Positions 25,779 through 40,800 of a DNA stretch of 64,000 bases are shown here, one piece after another; the first letter of the stretch is position 1, and every line of letters starts with the position of its first letter. A program made the position numbers and the translations under genes. This DNA comes from Lepidodermella squamata (Eukaryota; Animalia; Gastrotricha): NCBI GenBank assembly GCA_047495785.1, contig JBLDXI010000033.1, forward strand, positions 2,790,001-2,854,000, written 5' to 3'. The notes beneath the pieces were generated by a model. It saw only the letters and a program-made list of their open reading frames with translations, ran no database searches and was not told the DNA's origin.

Positions 25779-26732
25779 AAATGATGATAATAATAATAAT
25801 AATATTTTGTTACAAAATACACTCATGTTATGCCTCGCCGACTTGCGATAATGACATTTCCTAGTTTATCTTCATAATGATATCGCCATCATCTGCTGAA
25901 ACAATCTACCTGTAAAAACTCGCAGGCTCGACTTTTAACATGATATTATAGCTAATTGACCGTGGAGTCGAGGCGCGTTTTTTGGCATAATGTTCTTTTC
26001 TTCTTCCTTTTCTTTCATTTTTGCTGTGTCTGCTGTTGCAAAAGAGATGAAACACTGACTCTCTTGCCTACTTTGTTTCGATGAAGATTCCAACATGATA
26101 TACTGCTAGTTTTGTGATTCAATTGTAAATATACATTCCATAACTGCGCTGCGCTCGTGATGCCTCTCTTATTTGTAGATACTTCTATTTTAGGAAGTGA
26201 TACATTTACGGCTGCTGAGCCTGTTCAGCCCTTGTCTATGCAATAATAGTACTTCTTGTAGAATAATTGCTATCTGCTTCAATCATCATTGTCAAGTTTT
26301 ATTGTTGCTTTTTCGTTCTTAGTATGTTTTCTTATTCGATACTTGCCTACCGAGTTGGATGTGTATTTATCTTATTTCTGGTATCCTAACATTTGTTGAC
26401 AAACTTGCTAATAAGAGTTTTAACTGAAAATGAACAAAGCTTTGAGATATTAAAAACTATATTATACACTGGCAATAGACATTATAATTATAATAAAACG
26501 TGATGATTTGAAATATTTCCCTATGTCTTTTTCCATTTCCGCCACAAACGTGGTTGTCGAATGAACAGGAATTGATTTTGACACGGTCAACTAAGCAGAC
26601 AGGGGTTTTCGTTATTTACCTACTCTCCAATTACCGTAAAGGTTGAGATAGTACCTCGGGCTTGTACAATCCCCTTGCACAGTCCCCGAAGTTGACATAT
26701 AGCTCCAACTAAACAAAATATACACCATACAC

Positions 26733-27017
26733 CTGTGGTTTTTTTTAGCATGTTACACATGTTACAATGTAACAACCAATCGGACCAAATGTAACAACCA
26801 AAATCGAAGTAACGCCTAGGAAAGACTGCTGTAACCTCATTTTTAGGAGGTTTCGGAGCTTTTTATAGTGGAAAATCCTCAAAATGTCCTCCCTTCGCTC
26901 GTATTATTAGTAAAAATTACATGTATTTTTTACCACGGCAGCAAAACAAATTTCATTTTCGGGAGAGGTAACCAAAAAATCGTTTGTAACAACCAATCGT
27001 TAGCTTAAAAAACCCTG
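26733..27017. mobile_element. Degenerate hAT-type MITE (285 bp)
   Basis: Imperfect TIRs CTGTGGTTTTTTTTAGC and GCTTAAAAAACCCTG, flanked by 8-bp near-duplication CCATACAC (26725-26732) and CCATTCAC (27018-27025). Three internal copies of TGTAACAACCAA. Confidence 0.55.
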
Positions 27018-27351
27018 CCATTCACGTACAAAATAATTTATTTCGTGATTCTCGTATAAGAAGTTTTTCCAGTTTTCAATTATTTATTCGGTTAATGAAT
27101 TTATACGGTAAAAAGCATCATAACAAAATATTATTTCTAATTATTATCAACTGCACTCGTTACCGACGCAAAGAAATTTCACCGATCATCAAGTCAGCCA
27201 TCACACGCCCAGTAACAATCATTTCTAGTCGCTTCGCAGATGTACACAGAAATGATAGCTGTTTAAAGACTGCAATAGTAACATACAATGACGCTTGCAA
27301 GTATAGATATTGTTTTCCAACATCATTTCACACATAGGAGCGGCAAAGATT

Positions 27352-28333
27352 TTAGTCCTGGCCTGAAGATGTCTCGTCGTCGACATATGGCCCAATGGCG
27401 CGGTTGTCGCTGATGGTGCTCAAATGATGAGTAATCAGATTTTTAACGTCTTCAGCATCTCGAACAAGCTTGTTTACATTGTCATTTTCAACATCGCAAC
27501 CAGCCGATCTGTGCTCTTGCACATTTCTAAGTGTTTGAGAGGTAGTTTGCTCCAAAAGCTTGAGCGCCTCGACAAGCCCAGCCTAACGTAAGGTAATTTT
27601 TAGAATAAACTAGCAAATTACCATCAAAGACCGTTTTACCTTTGTTTGCTCCAAAGCTTGCACATCCCTTGTGAGCTCATCAATTTTTTTGATCTTTTTC
27701 TCGCGACATCTCTGAGCAGCTTCGCGATTGCGGGCTCTTTTGCGATCGACCTTCATACGCTCTTGTTCATTTGGATCAAGAGGAGCCATTGGTAGCGTTG
27801 TGTTGGAAACAACAACATGACTCGAATGTGCTGACTGGCCTATCCTGGGATGATTTGTTTGAGGTGCCAATCTGTTGGCATTGCCGGATGGAACCGTTAG
27901 AATTACAATTGGAGTCTGGTATTGCGAAGGACGAGGTTGGAACTGCGTCGACTCGGCAGGGAGATTACTCGGAACATTGATAGGTGCATTTTGTGCCACA
28001 GCCACAGATTGAGTAGTCTTTATAAAAGAAATCGTACGAGTTGGCTGACAATATAGAAAATGGATTACCTCAGACGGCTGCGCAACAGGTTCAGTCTTGG
28101 GAGCATACATATCCAGAACTTTTTTGTTCAAAACTGGAGTGGGCAATGCCATCTCGCATGCTTTATCAAGATCGGGTGTATTGAGTCCCAATCCTCCGGC
28201 CGCACCTGTCAAATCTTGGTTCAAATCGAGGCGCAGGCCCTCACGTTTCTCTTGGCCACTATTAGAGAAACAAAAAATCGAATAAGTAAATAAAAACAAG
28301 ATTATTAATAGTGAATTACCTTTTAGAAGCCAT
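27352..28333 (-). CDS. JUN: AP-1 bZIP transcription factor, Jun family
   Basis: Delta-like LRLDL, LNTPDLDK, LPTP, the basic region PLDPNEQERMKVDRKRARNREAAQRCREKK, a leucine zipper and HRSAGC (cf. Jun HVNSGC). Three short introns. Confidence 0.85.
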
Positions 28334-29611
28334 GGTGCTGTATAACAAATTCACTATGTTTCAAACCTAAGCGGTAAAAGTTGCAATTTAAAAGAAGTCA
28401 AGAGTCAAGCTTGACATTCAAAGGTCTATATAAGATGGGTAACACTACTGGTATCAAGCCACTCGTCAACCAAATTCCCTTTTTTGAATCTGACAAGCAA
28501 GAAGGTATATTTAATACCAATCCGATAAGAAAACCGATGAAAGATATTGCCGTCTCGGATCAGCTTTCAGTGCATGAAAACTTCGATAGCAAAAAGCGAG
28601 CGAATAAGTATCAGCAGGATTCTGAAAATAAAGAATTCCTCTAGAGTGAATCACGGGTATTTGGCACTGTTCGAGATTTTCATAGGACCTTACAACCGAT
28701 GAGAAAACGCCTTTTGCGCGGGCGGAATGATTCATAGTTTTGACGTGTAATTATTAATATTTTGCGACAATCCTTTTTTGCGCAAGAGTAATTTATTTAA
28801 AAAAATTGTATTTTGTTACGAAGACGACGCGTTCTAATCTGCTTGACCAAAAGTCGCCTTGTTTTCATCGTTTTCACCGCTTTTCAACGTTCGCGTTTTG
28901 AAACAGCCTTCATGGAAGCATGGATCTCATCTATCAGGAGTGCTTACCTCATGCCGTTAATTTGTTATTTTCAGCGATGAAACAGGGTCAAGTTTGTTCT
29001 AGTTGTTGATCCTTGAGATGATATGTGGTATAAGGCATCCGATTGTCTCAAGCCTAAAGCTATCGAATTTAAGAATTCACTGACCCGATTTCTATTCTAT
29101 TTCTATCGATGTTTAGCAAGAAACTTCCGAGCTTCTTGATTTCAAGACGACTGGTTGAGATATACCAATACCTAAGTCTAGAATAACTATAAGTACGCAT
29201 TATAGCGTTTTATTCAGCGTTCCACTGCCTACGTTACCGAGTATATCACAGCAATTTCTGTAATGCTCCAGCTCCCGTGGAAATGCATTTGTTTGCTCCT
29301 TTTCAAATGAAGATACGCGATCATTTTCTCGTGTTTATTTTCATAGTTCAGCTTGTTGTCATATCGGCTAGACAAAGGATGTTTAATCGGGATTTAATGA
29401 GCCTTCAGTTGGCTAATGAGAGCTAATTATTGAATAATGTAGACAGATAGGATTCTAGGCTCTGTTCCAAGACACTCCAATATTCTCCAATATTCAATAT
29501 TCAGAACACCCTTTCCCGTGTAGGCGAAATGCGCTTTTTAAAATAGCGAGTTGCCCGAAAAATGAAATCCCGCACACGAGGCGCTAAATTTCGATAGCTG
29601 AAAAATTTCCG

Positions 29612-32600
29612 ATGGACAAATATCACATCACCAAACAACTTGGCGATGGCACGTTCGGAAGCGTGTTATTGGCCACACTCAAAGAAACAGGCGAAAAAGT
29701 GGCCATTAAAAAGTAAGTCATAATTATATTTGTTTTAGTTGACGACTAATACCATATTCCTTAGGATGAAGAAGAAGTATTACAGCTGGGACGAATGCCT
29801 CAATTTACGTGAGGTCAAGGTATGACAATCGGTTTTTAAATTGAATTGCCTTTCAATTATGTGGTTTGTTTAGTCGTTGAGGAAACTCAGTCACCCAAAT
29901 ATAGTGAAACTGCGCGAAGTCATTAGAGAGAATGACCAGGTTTGTTATATCGCATTTTTTCTTCCCAATGGCTGGTTGAAAAATACGTTACTTTTTTTAC
30001 AGCTGTATTTCATCTTTGAATATATGAATGAAAATCTCTACGATTTGATGAAAAGAAGAGACAAACTTTTCCCCGAATCAACAGTGCGAAATGTCATTTT
30101 TCAAGTTTTACAAGGCCTGGCCTTTATGCATAAGCACGGTTTGTTAAAAGCGCATGACATCAAATTTAGCCTATATTATGTGCATATTCTCAGGGTTTTT
30201 CCATCGCGATCTGAAGCCTGAAAACTTACTTTGCAATGGGAGCGAGCTCGTAAAAATTGCCGACTTCGGTTTGGCACGTGAGACTCGCAGTCGACCTCCT
30301 TACACCGATTATGTCTCGACCCGGTGGTATCGTGGACCTGAGGTCCTACTCCGCTCAACTTCTTACAGTTCTCCCATTGATGTTTGGGCAATGGGTAAAT
30401 TTCGCGCATACTTTAATTAGATTGCATACAATTTTGTTTTCATTTTTAAGGTTGCATCACGGCTGAGGTGTACACATTGAAGCCCCTCTTCCCAGGTAGC
30501 TCCGAAATCGATCAGATCTACAAAATTTGCGCTGTCCTCGGTACTCCTCCTAAAGTAACCTTATATTTTCAATCGTAATATAATCAAATTCATCAATACT
30601 TATTAGGATGATTGGTCTGAAGGCTATCAGCTGGCTGCTGCAATGAACTTTAAATTTCCGCAATGTCCACCCGGTTCTCTGAAAGCTTTGATTCCGAACG
30701 CGTCTCCTGACGGTATCCAGCTGATACATGACGTGAGGCTAATCATATTAACAATTATGCATGACGATAATTGACGTCTTCGTTTTCAGATGTTACTGTA
30801 CAACCCGTCTCGGCGGCCAACCGCGGCCCAAGCACTAAGGTATCAGTTCTTCCAAGTTGGCCAAGCGTTAACAGCCCAAATAGCTGTTGACGTCGGATTT
30901 GACAAGCCTCAACAGAAAGGGTATTCTTTCGAACCTTCCAATAACGCATTTGATGATGAGTATGTTATCACCTTATGTAATTTTGATGATATGTTTAATT
31001 GTGTCGTTATAGCACCTCTCCGTTGACTCTTAGAGACGAATACGCAGCCCAAGATAGTCAGAGGAATCGCAACAATGGTGGCATGGTGGATAGCTGGGGT
31101 GGTGATGCATCAATAGACGCGGCGCTTTTCACCAGTGAACCTCATCGTCAGAAACATAATAACGACAACGGAATGCTGCCACCAGTAAAAATGTTATTTC
31201 CACCTGGCAGCAAACCTCAACATCAGCCGAACTCGGAGCAAACGAATAGCGGCAAGCGGAGAGCTGCGAAGAAAGTGAACGAACATGACAACTCGATGCA
31301 TGGTACGGCTGGTCAGAATCAAGGCGGCTTTGGAGCGGGTGCTCGCCGACGGTGGGGCGGTGCGGGAGCGGGTGCGGGGATTGGAACAGCCGCTGGTCGG
31401 AAGAATAGCACAGTTGAAGATAGCATAGATAAATTGCTACGCGATGATACCAGTCTGCTGCTGTTTGAGGGCGCCACTAACAACGTTGGTGGCGGCGGCG
31501 GTGGTAATGTCTCCGAGAGAAGCGACGCGGGCAACAAGACCAATTGGCTTGGCGATACCAGCGGAGTAGACAACAGCGTGGGAGAGAAAGGCAGAGTGAA
31601 GTCTAGGGCTGGCGGTGGCTTAGCCTCTGTGGTCGCACCCGTTGGAGCTGTTTCGAGCCGCCGGCCAAGCGTGAAACCAGTTGTACCTGGGCGAGGCAAG
31701 AACACGATAGCCGCATTGATGGACGACTCATCTGACGAGGACGGCGGGAATAGCACTTTCCGAGGCCAGGCGGCTCAGAAGGGCATTGCTGAAAAAGATG
31801 ACGACTGGCTGTTTGGTACGGGTGGAGGTGTCGGCTCGAACAAGCAGCCCCCGGGATTTCCACTTACCAAGCCAAGCGCAGGACGGCGCGCTGTCTTGCC
31901 CAACGTTGGCTTTGGCCCTAGCGGAACGAGTGAAAATACGGGACCTTCGGGACCAAGCCGAGGCAATCCACCTTCAGCAAAGCAGTTCTACATGAACACA
32001 TCCAGGTAAGTCGGGGCGTAGCAATTTCGCAAGTTCAAATAACACCTGTGGTTTTAACTTGTTTTATTTAGGTATGCCCCTGGGGTTAAAATTCCAGCTC
32101 GAAATCCACAGAAAGCTCTGCCGCCTATCCAAGGTTTGATATGTTTGTTTTCTTATTTTTGTGCGCATGTTGCTATAACAGGACGAGCCAAAAGTAACTA
32201 TAAAAACTAACCAGCAAAGTTGAACATATCTATAGATTGAAGCATTATTCTGTTGAAGCAAAAATGTGCATAGCAAACCTGTTATTTTATTTGGCAATGT
32301 CAGCCTGCACATTCCGATTGTTATAACTCGATATATTAACATCAATTCGAAACTGCAGCACACACTATCTCACTAGCATGTGCTTGTTTTGAATTGCCGA
32401 TACCCGTGAATTTTTATCGTTTCTACATTTGTTTGTATCCCGCTGACGTCTGCAGGCGCTGGTGACGGACTATTTGGTGACAACGACAGTATATTTGGCA
32501 AAAATGAAACCCCGCCGTTGATTTTCGGCGGTGGCGGAACCAGCCGACAGGTTCCGGTCTCTTTCCGTCAACAGGCACAGCAGGTCGGCGGAGGCGGCGG

Positions 32601-32873
32601 CGGCGGCGCTTTTTACGGCGGTGGCGGCGGAGGTGGCGGGTTGTTTGACGCGAATAGTCCTGGACCGGCACTTCGCCAAAACCAGGCGTTGGGTTCTCGT
32701 CTACCTGTTGCTCAGCTATCGCCTATTCCCCGGAACAACCGACTTCCAGCGGGTCCTGCACCCGCAGCAGTTGCCGGTGGCCGCACCGACTGGGGAGCCA
32801 AGTAATAATGCTTTAATAAGCACCGATATATAAAAAATCATATCATTTCCGCTTTTCCAGATATCTTCGGTAG
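29612..32873 (+). CDS. MAK: MAK/ICK (RCK family) ciliary Ser/Thr kinase
   Basis: [51 protein letters not shown] (TDY activation motif), and the conserved C-terminal GRTDWGAKY. Many short introns. Confidence 0.93.
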
Positions 32874-34833
32874 CAATGCGGCTTTTCACGGATAAAACTG
32901 CTGCTACGTAGCCACCAATATGACACTCGCTGTCCGTAAAACGAGGCCTGTGCTTCTGCTTTTTTTACTTGCGTTTGTCGTCTAGAGGATATCGCCAATG
33001 TCTAGTAATGAGCTATAATTAACAGGCGATTTCGCTTTCTTTTACTACATCGCCACCTGGTGCTGCTTTACTATCTTACGATCTCATGATTCGGATCTCT
33101 TGGATGAAACCACGACCGGCCTGATCATGTCCTCGACTTGTGGTTTTCCGTTGTAGAATACGTCGTAGCATTCCATTTCTAAAACTGTTCATGTTGCGTC
33201 ATTTTGCCTGCCGATTTCTTTTGTTTCTTCTTCGCTTTTCCTCTCCTTATTCGTCTTCGTTGCGGCTGCCTTTGGATTGACGATTGATGAAATATGGTAG
33301 TTATCATTTACTGGCTACTTGTTGTGAACTGTTTGCCGTAAATTATTGGCCTTTGTTTGACGGCCGTTTTTTTATTATTGTTATTGTAATCTTGAGCTGG
33401 GACAAATTGCTTTATGTATCTGCAAATCTAAAAAACAAGCTTCTATGCATTTCGGAGCCTCTACACGCCCAATCGGGCTCGTCCGCGCAGTTGCGCTGTG
33501 GTTTTTCTTCAATTTTTCTTCTCATCGTTTTTCATCGTCACTGTTCTTGCCGTTGACATGCACTTGACTGAATTACTTCGCTTACTTCGCCCTATCTCTC
33601 ATGCCCATTTGTAATGTTTGGGAAGCAGAGGGGTGAGGGAGGATTGAACGAACGCATGGTCCTGCGGCAAGCAAACACTATGCATGCACCTTCAACGCAA
33701 ACAAACTATGACACTTTATACTCCTTTTCCTGCTTTTTGGCTGCTGTCTCAATTCGAAGCCGGGTCGCTATGAAAAGACGGTCAATCAATAGCCCGTGCG
33801 AGTTGGCTAATAACGACTTCAATACATGATTCCTATACTAACGATAAATAATATTGACTCTCATCACTCAAGTGGATTTACATCGATCTCCGGTAAGAAT
33901 ACCTACAAAACCATACTAGATTTGAAGTAATCACTCGCGTCTTATAGCAATATCACCTCAGCTTCTCGTGAGCCAAACTTGTGACGACTCCTGATGGTCA
34001 TTTAAGCCTCATGACTTATAGATGTACCTTGAAATTGCAAACAAACAAACTTGTTTTGGTGCGCGAATAAATTAGGTAAACTACTAGAGGATGGGCAGTA
34101 CTATTTACGCACGACAACACTCTAGAAAAACATCTACATTATGAGAAAGATGTCCATATATCGCAGAAGATGATTACAAGTACAAATTGAATTAAGAATA
34201 TCTTCAAAGATTTTTATTCCGCCAACATCTCTCATTTGATAATAATAATTTGTAGCTAATTATTCGGCAACGTTCAATACGCTTTTCAGTTACTGCTAGA
34301 TTCTTGCGTGCGAAGTTGAACGTCCGATTTGTTGAAAGTGAAACGAAACACATATTAAAAGCCGTTGTACCATGCAGCTGCTCTAAATGTCATTTTGCGC
34401 TTGATGAATATTATGATCTTTTCATTATTATTTGTTGCTGTCAGTTGTTGTTGTGTTATAATATATTATTATATTACTATATATATCAATTGTTATCATT
34501 TAAGTGATACGATGAGTTAATATCAATATTTGGTACATCTGAAGTATGAATAAAGATGATGGCTGATAGCTGGCAAGTTCTTGAATAATACTCGAGAAAC
34601 AGTAGATCACCAGATTCGGATAAATAATCTTAACAAAGCTACCGATTGTTAAAGCTGATATTAAAAGAGCTTTGAAAAGCTCATCTCTGAGCAAGAGCGC
34701 ACATTGCAAGGGCCATCATTTCACATTTTCAGGCACTGAAGTATGTTGGAAGCGACTAAGTTGTGACAATTTTCTTCCGGCGCTGTCTGGTGGCAGATTG
34801 TTCGCTATCGGCATTTGCTTTCCTTTTGACAGT

Positions 34834-37800
34834 CTATCGAAGCTCCAGCTTGGAAGTCGGCACGACTTTGCAACTAGGGCATCTGCAGCAGGTGAAACGG
34901 AAATAAGTTGAACTCAACATGAACATTTGCGTTTTACTCACTTGGCTAAGGTGTCAGCACATGGTTGGCAGTAGCAATGGCCACACGGAATGAAAGCAAT
35001 TCTTTTGTGCCTCGACTTGCATTGGGGACATAGAGACTGAAAATATAAAAGTTCAACGTAAAAAATACAGAGCAGACCATCATTTAAAAATCCATAGCTC
35101 TAATCTGGCGAATTTGTAGAGTGAATATTTCGACCACGGCGCCAAGCTATTCCTGGCGTAAGTGAACTTTTTTCATGACCCGTCTCCGTGGAACATAAAT
35201 TACTCCACATCTAGCTTTTTTCGTATACATTTCTTTGTACTATACAGTTTTTAGCCGATTTAAATAGCCGACTAGCAATAAAATCGTCCTATCAATTGAA
35301 TCGAAAGTCGTAGTTGACCCAAATGGTGAATATATTCGCTAACTCATTGCATAACCAAGTTTGAAAATATGATTTTTTTCATGAGCTAGAATGTAGAAAG
35401 CGGATAAATAGCACTAACGTCTTCCTGCGACTCCAGCAGCTTCTGATGTGCTCGATCTCGTTCTTCGATTATGCTGGCGACGGCGATAGACGACTGGTCA
35501 GAGCCATTTCGCTGGTGGCCTTGTCGCATCGAAGTAACGCTTTCCTTCCGCTTATTCGCCGTCAATTCACTGCGATTGGCGAAAAAAATTGCCGGCGACA
35601 TTGGTGGCCTATCAATGAATGGGCTTGAAGGCGTGGGCGGCGGGAGCATCATAGTGTTAGCTTCTGGATTTTGCACCAAGTCACAAATTGACCTAACCAA
35701 AGATGTGTTACAACGACCAATTGAATCCTAATAAAAATTATATTACAAGCGAGGCAAGCCATGAGTTGACGAGTAGTAGCCCGGCGTCGGAGGCGGCACG
35801 TTGTCACTCTGCTTGAACAAGCGGGATGGATCGCCGATCGTCAACGTTGACGCTTGAGACACAGCGGAATTGCGCCTGTTTAGTTCCGCGTGGCTGCTAC
35901 TGGCAGTAGATGGGCGACTCGGTCGCCGGTCAATAGCGGAGCTAACTGACAGTTTTGACTCGCGAGTTGGCGTTGCTGCTGGAGGAGACGGCACGGGCGG
36001 CGGCGTTATCGGCGCCTGATGGCTCACAGACGTTTTACGGACTGAGTGGCGCCGCTTTCCCTCAGTGCCGGCCTCGACGGCTGTCGACGGCGTTCGTGAT
36101 AGAGTTCTATCACTGCTAGTATCAGCAGATTCTGCGTTGGTAACGGACCTGTACAAAGAGAGAGTCAGACCCGAAAGCTGTAAATTAAAGAAAAGCTAGC
36201 GAACTGTCTCTTGGGAACATCGCGGCCTTGCCCGCTGGTAGAAAGTGGGCGCGAAGAGGAACCGTGCCGCTGAGCACTAGAAAAATAAATTAAAGTCAAT
36301 AATGAAGTTTTCGTTTATAGCCTGCAAGGTAACATTCCCAGTAGATTTTGGTAAACAGGCAACTAACCTGCGGCTCTGCCGGGCTCTCTGCTGCAGGATT
36401 TCGGTAAATGTCGGGTCTAGGCAGTAGTCAAGCGGCGTCTTGCCGCGCCTGTCTCGAAGCGATAGAGTCGCTCCGGCTTCTACTAGCCAAAGAGCAATGT
36501 AAGCGCAATCACGCAATGCACCTTGGGCAGCTTTTTCGACAGCGCGTGCTGCACTCTCATCCTCGGTTTCGATGTGTTCGCTGGTACTGCGCGATGCTTC
36601 GTTGCGGATCGAGCCGCGTCGGGTCTTGTGCGCCTCGGTATAAGCTGCCAAAACCTTGTGAAGCACTGTGCTTCCTCCTGCGTCGGCCAAATCCGGAACG
36701 ATGCAGCGAGACGGATCCGTTGGACAGTTTTTCAGAAACACCTATACATTTCAAACCATCAGCAAAGGTTGTTTTATGCTGAGAACAATGTTAGGTAACT
36801 GATATACCATGGCAACTTTGAATTTTCGTTCCTCAACGGCCAGCATTAGCGGCGTAGAAGCTGTCTGCGCCGTCTGCACGTTAATTTTTGCACCAGCCTT
36901 CAGCAACATTTCGGCAATGTCGTCATGACCATTTGCCATCCTTTTTAAGAAATTGTTTTGACTTCTTTTTTTCAATCAAATCAAAATTTACGCCAAGTGC
37001 AAAGCGGTGAAGCCATCTTGTTTGGGCTCATCAATCACCCACCGCCGGTTGCCCTGCAGAGTGACCGGTAAATTTGAGGTGGTCGGTGAGCTACTGACAG
37101 GGGCTCCGTTATCGCTAGACACCGAGGTCGAGCCACAAGTTCGCATCACATGGTTCCCGCGTAGAAGATGCGTCAGCAGCAACTCAACACCCCTGTTCAT
37201 ACACGATAGCTTATTAAATGAGAAATTTACATAATTTTGGAACAAAAAACACTTGAGGAAAATTCAGTTTACTTCCAGCGCGACCTACTTTTGCTCCCAA
37301 CAACTTCCGTACGGTATTATATCTCCTTCTGTGATTCCTTCTATACGGTTTATTTTTTGGCTCAAGCATCCTTAGCAATTAAATGGCCGGCTATCGCGTC
37401 GAGAACGCAACGAAAGACAAAGCAGTCATTGTAACGCGATCCGTCTTCGTAGCAAACGGCGATCGGCGGCGCGCGCGTCCCATTAAGCCCGCAACGGCAG
37501 CAGTGGCGGCAGCTGCCCGATCCGTCACGGCCAGCTAGCTCTAGCAGAGGCACAGGCATATCCAGGGCGTGTCCATCCATTATCACTGCACGCGAGTGAA
37601 GCTTCGTAATTAGGCGCCGTCTTAGTGACGGCCAGGTACGCTGCTAAACAAGCCCGAACAAAGACACGAGTGTTTGCGCTCGGCGGCGCTGGCATTCGGC
37701 GCACGTCAGCAGCGTTGTTTGCCGCACGCCGGCCAATAGGCGCGCCGATGACTTTCCGCCCCGAAAAACCAGCGCGACGCTCTCGAGGCCAGGCGGTCGG

Positions 37801-40800
37801 CGACGGCGCAGCCAGGTAAAATAACGCCACAATGCGGCGCACAGCTCATGTTTTTATGCGCCGGCCTCAAGCACCGCCGCGCTGTCATCCCTCGTGTTTT
37901 TGGCCCGGAAGCTCCGCCATTATCTCTTATTCTAGCTGCGCTGCACTGTCATTCGAGACAGGGTCTTGCGCTCTTCATAGCTCAGCAACGTAGCACCGCC
38001 CGTCGACTCGTCTGATATCAGTTTTCGCCGGCTATGGCCTTTTAATCGAGGCGGATCGGAGCTTCACCGCGCATTCGACGTACGTTTCTTTTCGGTAGAT
38101 GAGCTGCTACGCTGCACTTCTCGCGCGAATTATGCGCTCGATCAGCCGCCCGATAGTTACTTTTCGATCGGCAGCTGAGATGCACAACCGAGAGTTATTT
38201 CTCATCACCTAGTCAGGCTAATGGCTGTAAACGCCAGTGGGTTAGCGAGGTTTGCACGGCGAACTCCCAATATTATCGCCATTATTTATATATACAAGTA
38301 AGACTCCTGGTCGACGGTAACATTAGCCGTGATTCGACTGCAGTCGAAGAATAACAATAAATTACCGGCACCTCGTCGTAAATGAACGCCAATCTCATCA
38401 TCGCCGGGCTGCTCTCGGCTGGCGAAATCCAGTCGGCTGCTGGGGCTTTCGCGCTTATCTCCTGGTTTGAACTGGTAGCTCAATGGGCAAACTTATTTTT
38501 ATCATTCGGCGCTGCAGTTGTGGCCGGCGCAGATCTCTGCGCGCTCGCAGCCTGCGCTGGGGCCACGGCAAGATTATATTACCGGCGCTTTCGACGGCGT
38601 AGCCATCAACGGCACAGCTGCAGCCAGGCGGCAGCGGCGATGAGCGCGATACGCGGGCGCGCACACAGATGATGAACAGGCGTGGTTGGGAGGGTAGAGC
38701 GCGTATCGCTGATTGATGATCGGCAGTAGCGCGCACACGGTAGTGTTTACGCGGAAGGATAATTCCAAACATACCTCCGGCGCATCAACACTCGCGATTA
38801 CCGAGCAAGCGCATCGGCCGATCGCGCACGCTCTCTCATCGACAGACGCCATCGCTGCGCAATAAATAACATGCGAGGCCGCTAGCAGGCCCCGAATTCA
38901 CCCAGCCCATCATTCGGCCGTTTTCCTGCCTGATAGCAACTGCCATTTTCTGTTGTAGCTAGAGTAACATCTTCGACTTAGTCGCCCGAAATGCGGGAGG
39001 CAACGCAAGCGCGTCTGGTAATAGCCAGTCTTCTGTCTAAAGCGACACCGCAGAAATTTTGTTCGCAAAATTAGGCGGCTCGACGTGAAAGGTGAGTGTC
39101 CGGCCTGGCTGAAAACGCGCATGCAGCTAATTAAGCAATTGTAGCTCGCGAAGGCTTGAGAGCGAATCGACTCGCGAGCCACAGCGAAGATTGCGCACAT
39201 GCCACGCGCGCTGCAAGCGCGTCTCGGCGACGAAGGGCGCCGCGCTGAGGCGCAGTGTCGCGCGCTGTCGCTACTGAAATTACTAAAATTGCATTGCTTC
39301 GTCGATGGCCTTCGTCGATGGTAATGACGTGTGTCGGCTGCGCGCACGGCCGAATCCGCCGCGCCACTAATGAAGCGGCGGCGTCAAATCATCTCGTGGC
39401 CATCGAGCCTGTCTTGTTTTGCGCGCGCCGTCGAGCGCCGCTGCGCCTGCACCGCCATATGGCCGCCGACAACTACGCTGTCGTCTAGTGGCTCGATGCT
39501 AATAATACAAATATCATCATGAAATCGCAACTAAGTAACTAAAATGATAACGCAAGTACAAGACGTCGCATCTCGCATCGGCTAGTCGGCAAGCGGATAG
39601 CCGCGATCGCCCAAGCGATCACGATAACGCAATAACCCAGCGACACCGCTGGCGCCGGCTGCCGATCGCCGATCGCTGCGTAATTGACGCATTTACACGC
39701 GCGCACGGTCACCCGCAAGCGAGCGCCCAATCCAGGTCCAGTCGACACCCCGAGCATTCTAGTCGCCTCGTTTTCGTTCGGCTACCGATGGTAAGCGCGG
39801 CCGAACTTCTGGTCATGTAGTCCCTGCCGCTTCTGCGCACCTGGCCAGGCGTACGGCGAAACTAATTACGCTGCTAGCTTTTGTGTCCCGATGCGACGCC
39901 GGCATCAACACAACATAATAACGGCAGCAATACATCCTGCTGCCTGTTTTGCGGTCACGGGCAGGCCTTGCACGCCGCAGCCTTTATGAGCGCGTTAACG
40001 AACGCTTAGGCACTTCCTTCCGGCTACTTGATAAAAATAATTACGGCTACAATAAGCGCCGAGATGCGACACTCTGCCCAGCAACAAGATTCGGAAGTCA
40101 AACTAATAGGAAAGTTGCGCTCGCGCCTTTCGAAGCCTGCCGACTTGGTGCTGAACCGCGGCGGAAGCGCGCACTCGCCGCGCCGGCCCACCGCCAGCCA
40201 CTTGTTTTTCGCCGGCGAAGAGGGCCGCGGCATGGTACCGCCAATTTGTTGTTGTTTTCTCGTCTCAATTTACGCACAATAACGAAATTAAAGCAGCCTT
40301 TCTTACGTGTACAACATTCAACCAACATTTTCCCAATTAAGCCTCACGCATGTCCGATCCGCTTTACAATCCGTCCGGGACTTGCTGCGACTGCTGTTTA
40401 CGAGGCCATATATCAACGAATTGCGGCATTTGCCGATTTAGGCCTCAGGTAAGTCCAAATTACTTTCAACACATTCGCCTTTTTGCCGACTTTAAAGCTA
40501 GCACCGATTCATGGAAGCAAAGATGTGGCCGTCGAATCCTCCATACTTCTTTATTGGCCGTGCTTAAGTTAAACATCGCGGCTCGTCGCTCTCGTGGCGG
40601 GGCCCGATTAACCCGCATGGAATGTAAAGAAGTATGTAGCTTTTCGGCCACAATGTCAGCAACAAACATCTTTCCAGGCGCCAGCCATCACATTTTTTTA
40701 TCACTACATTTTCTATTCGCGCAAAAAGTTCATGACAGCATGCTAAAGCTTATTTGTCGCATGTTTAAACTGCCAAGTTTCTTTCTAATTAGCAGCCGCG

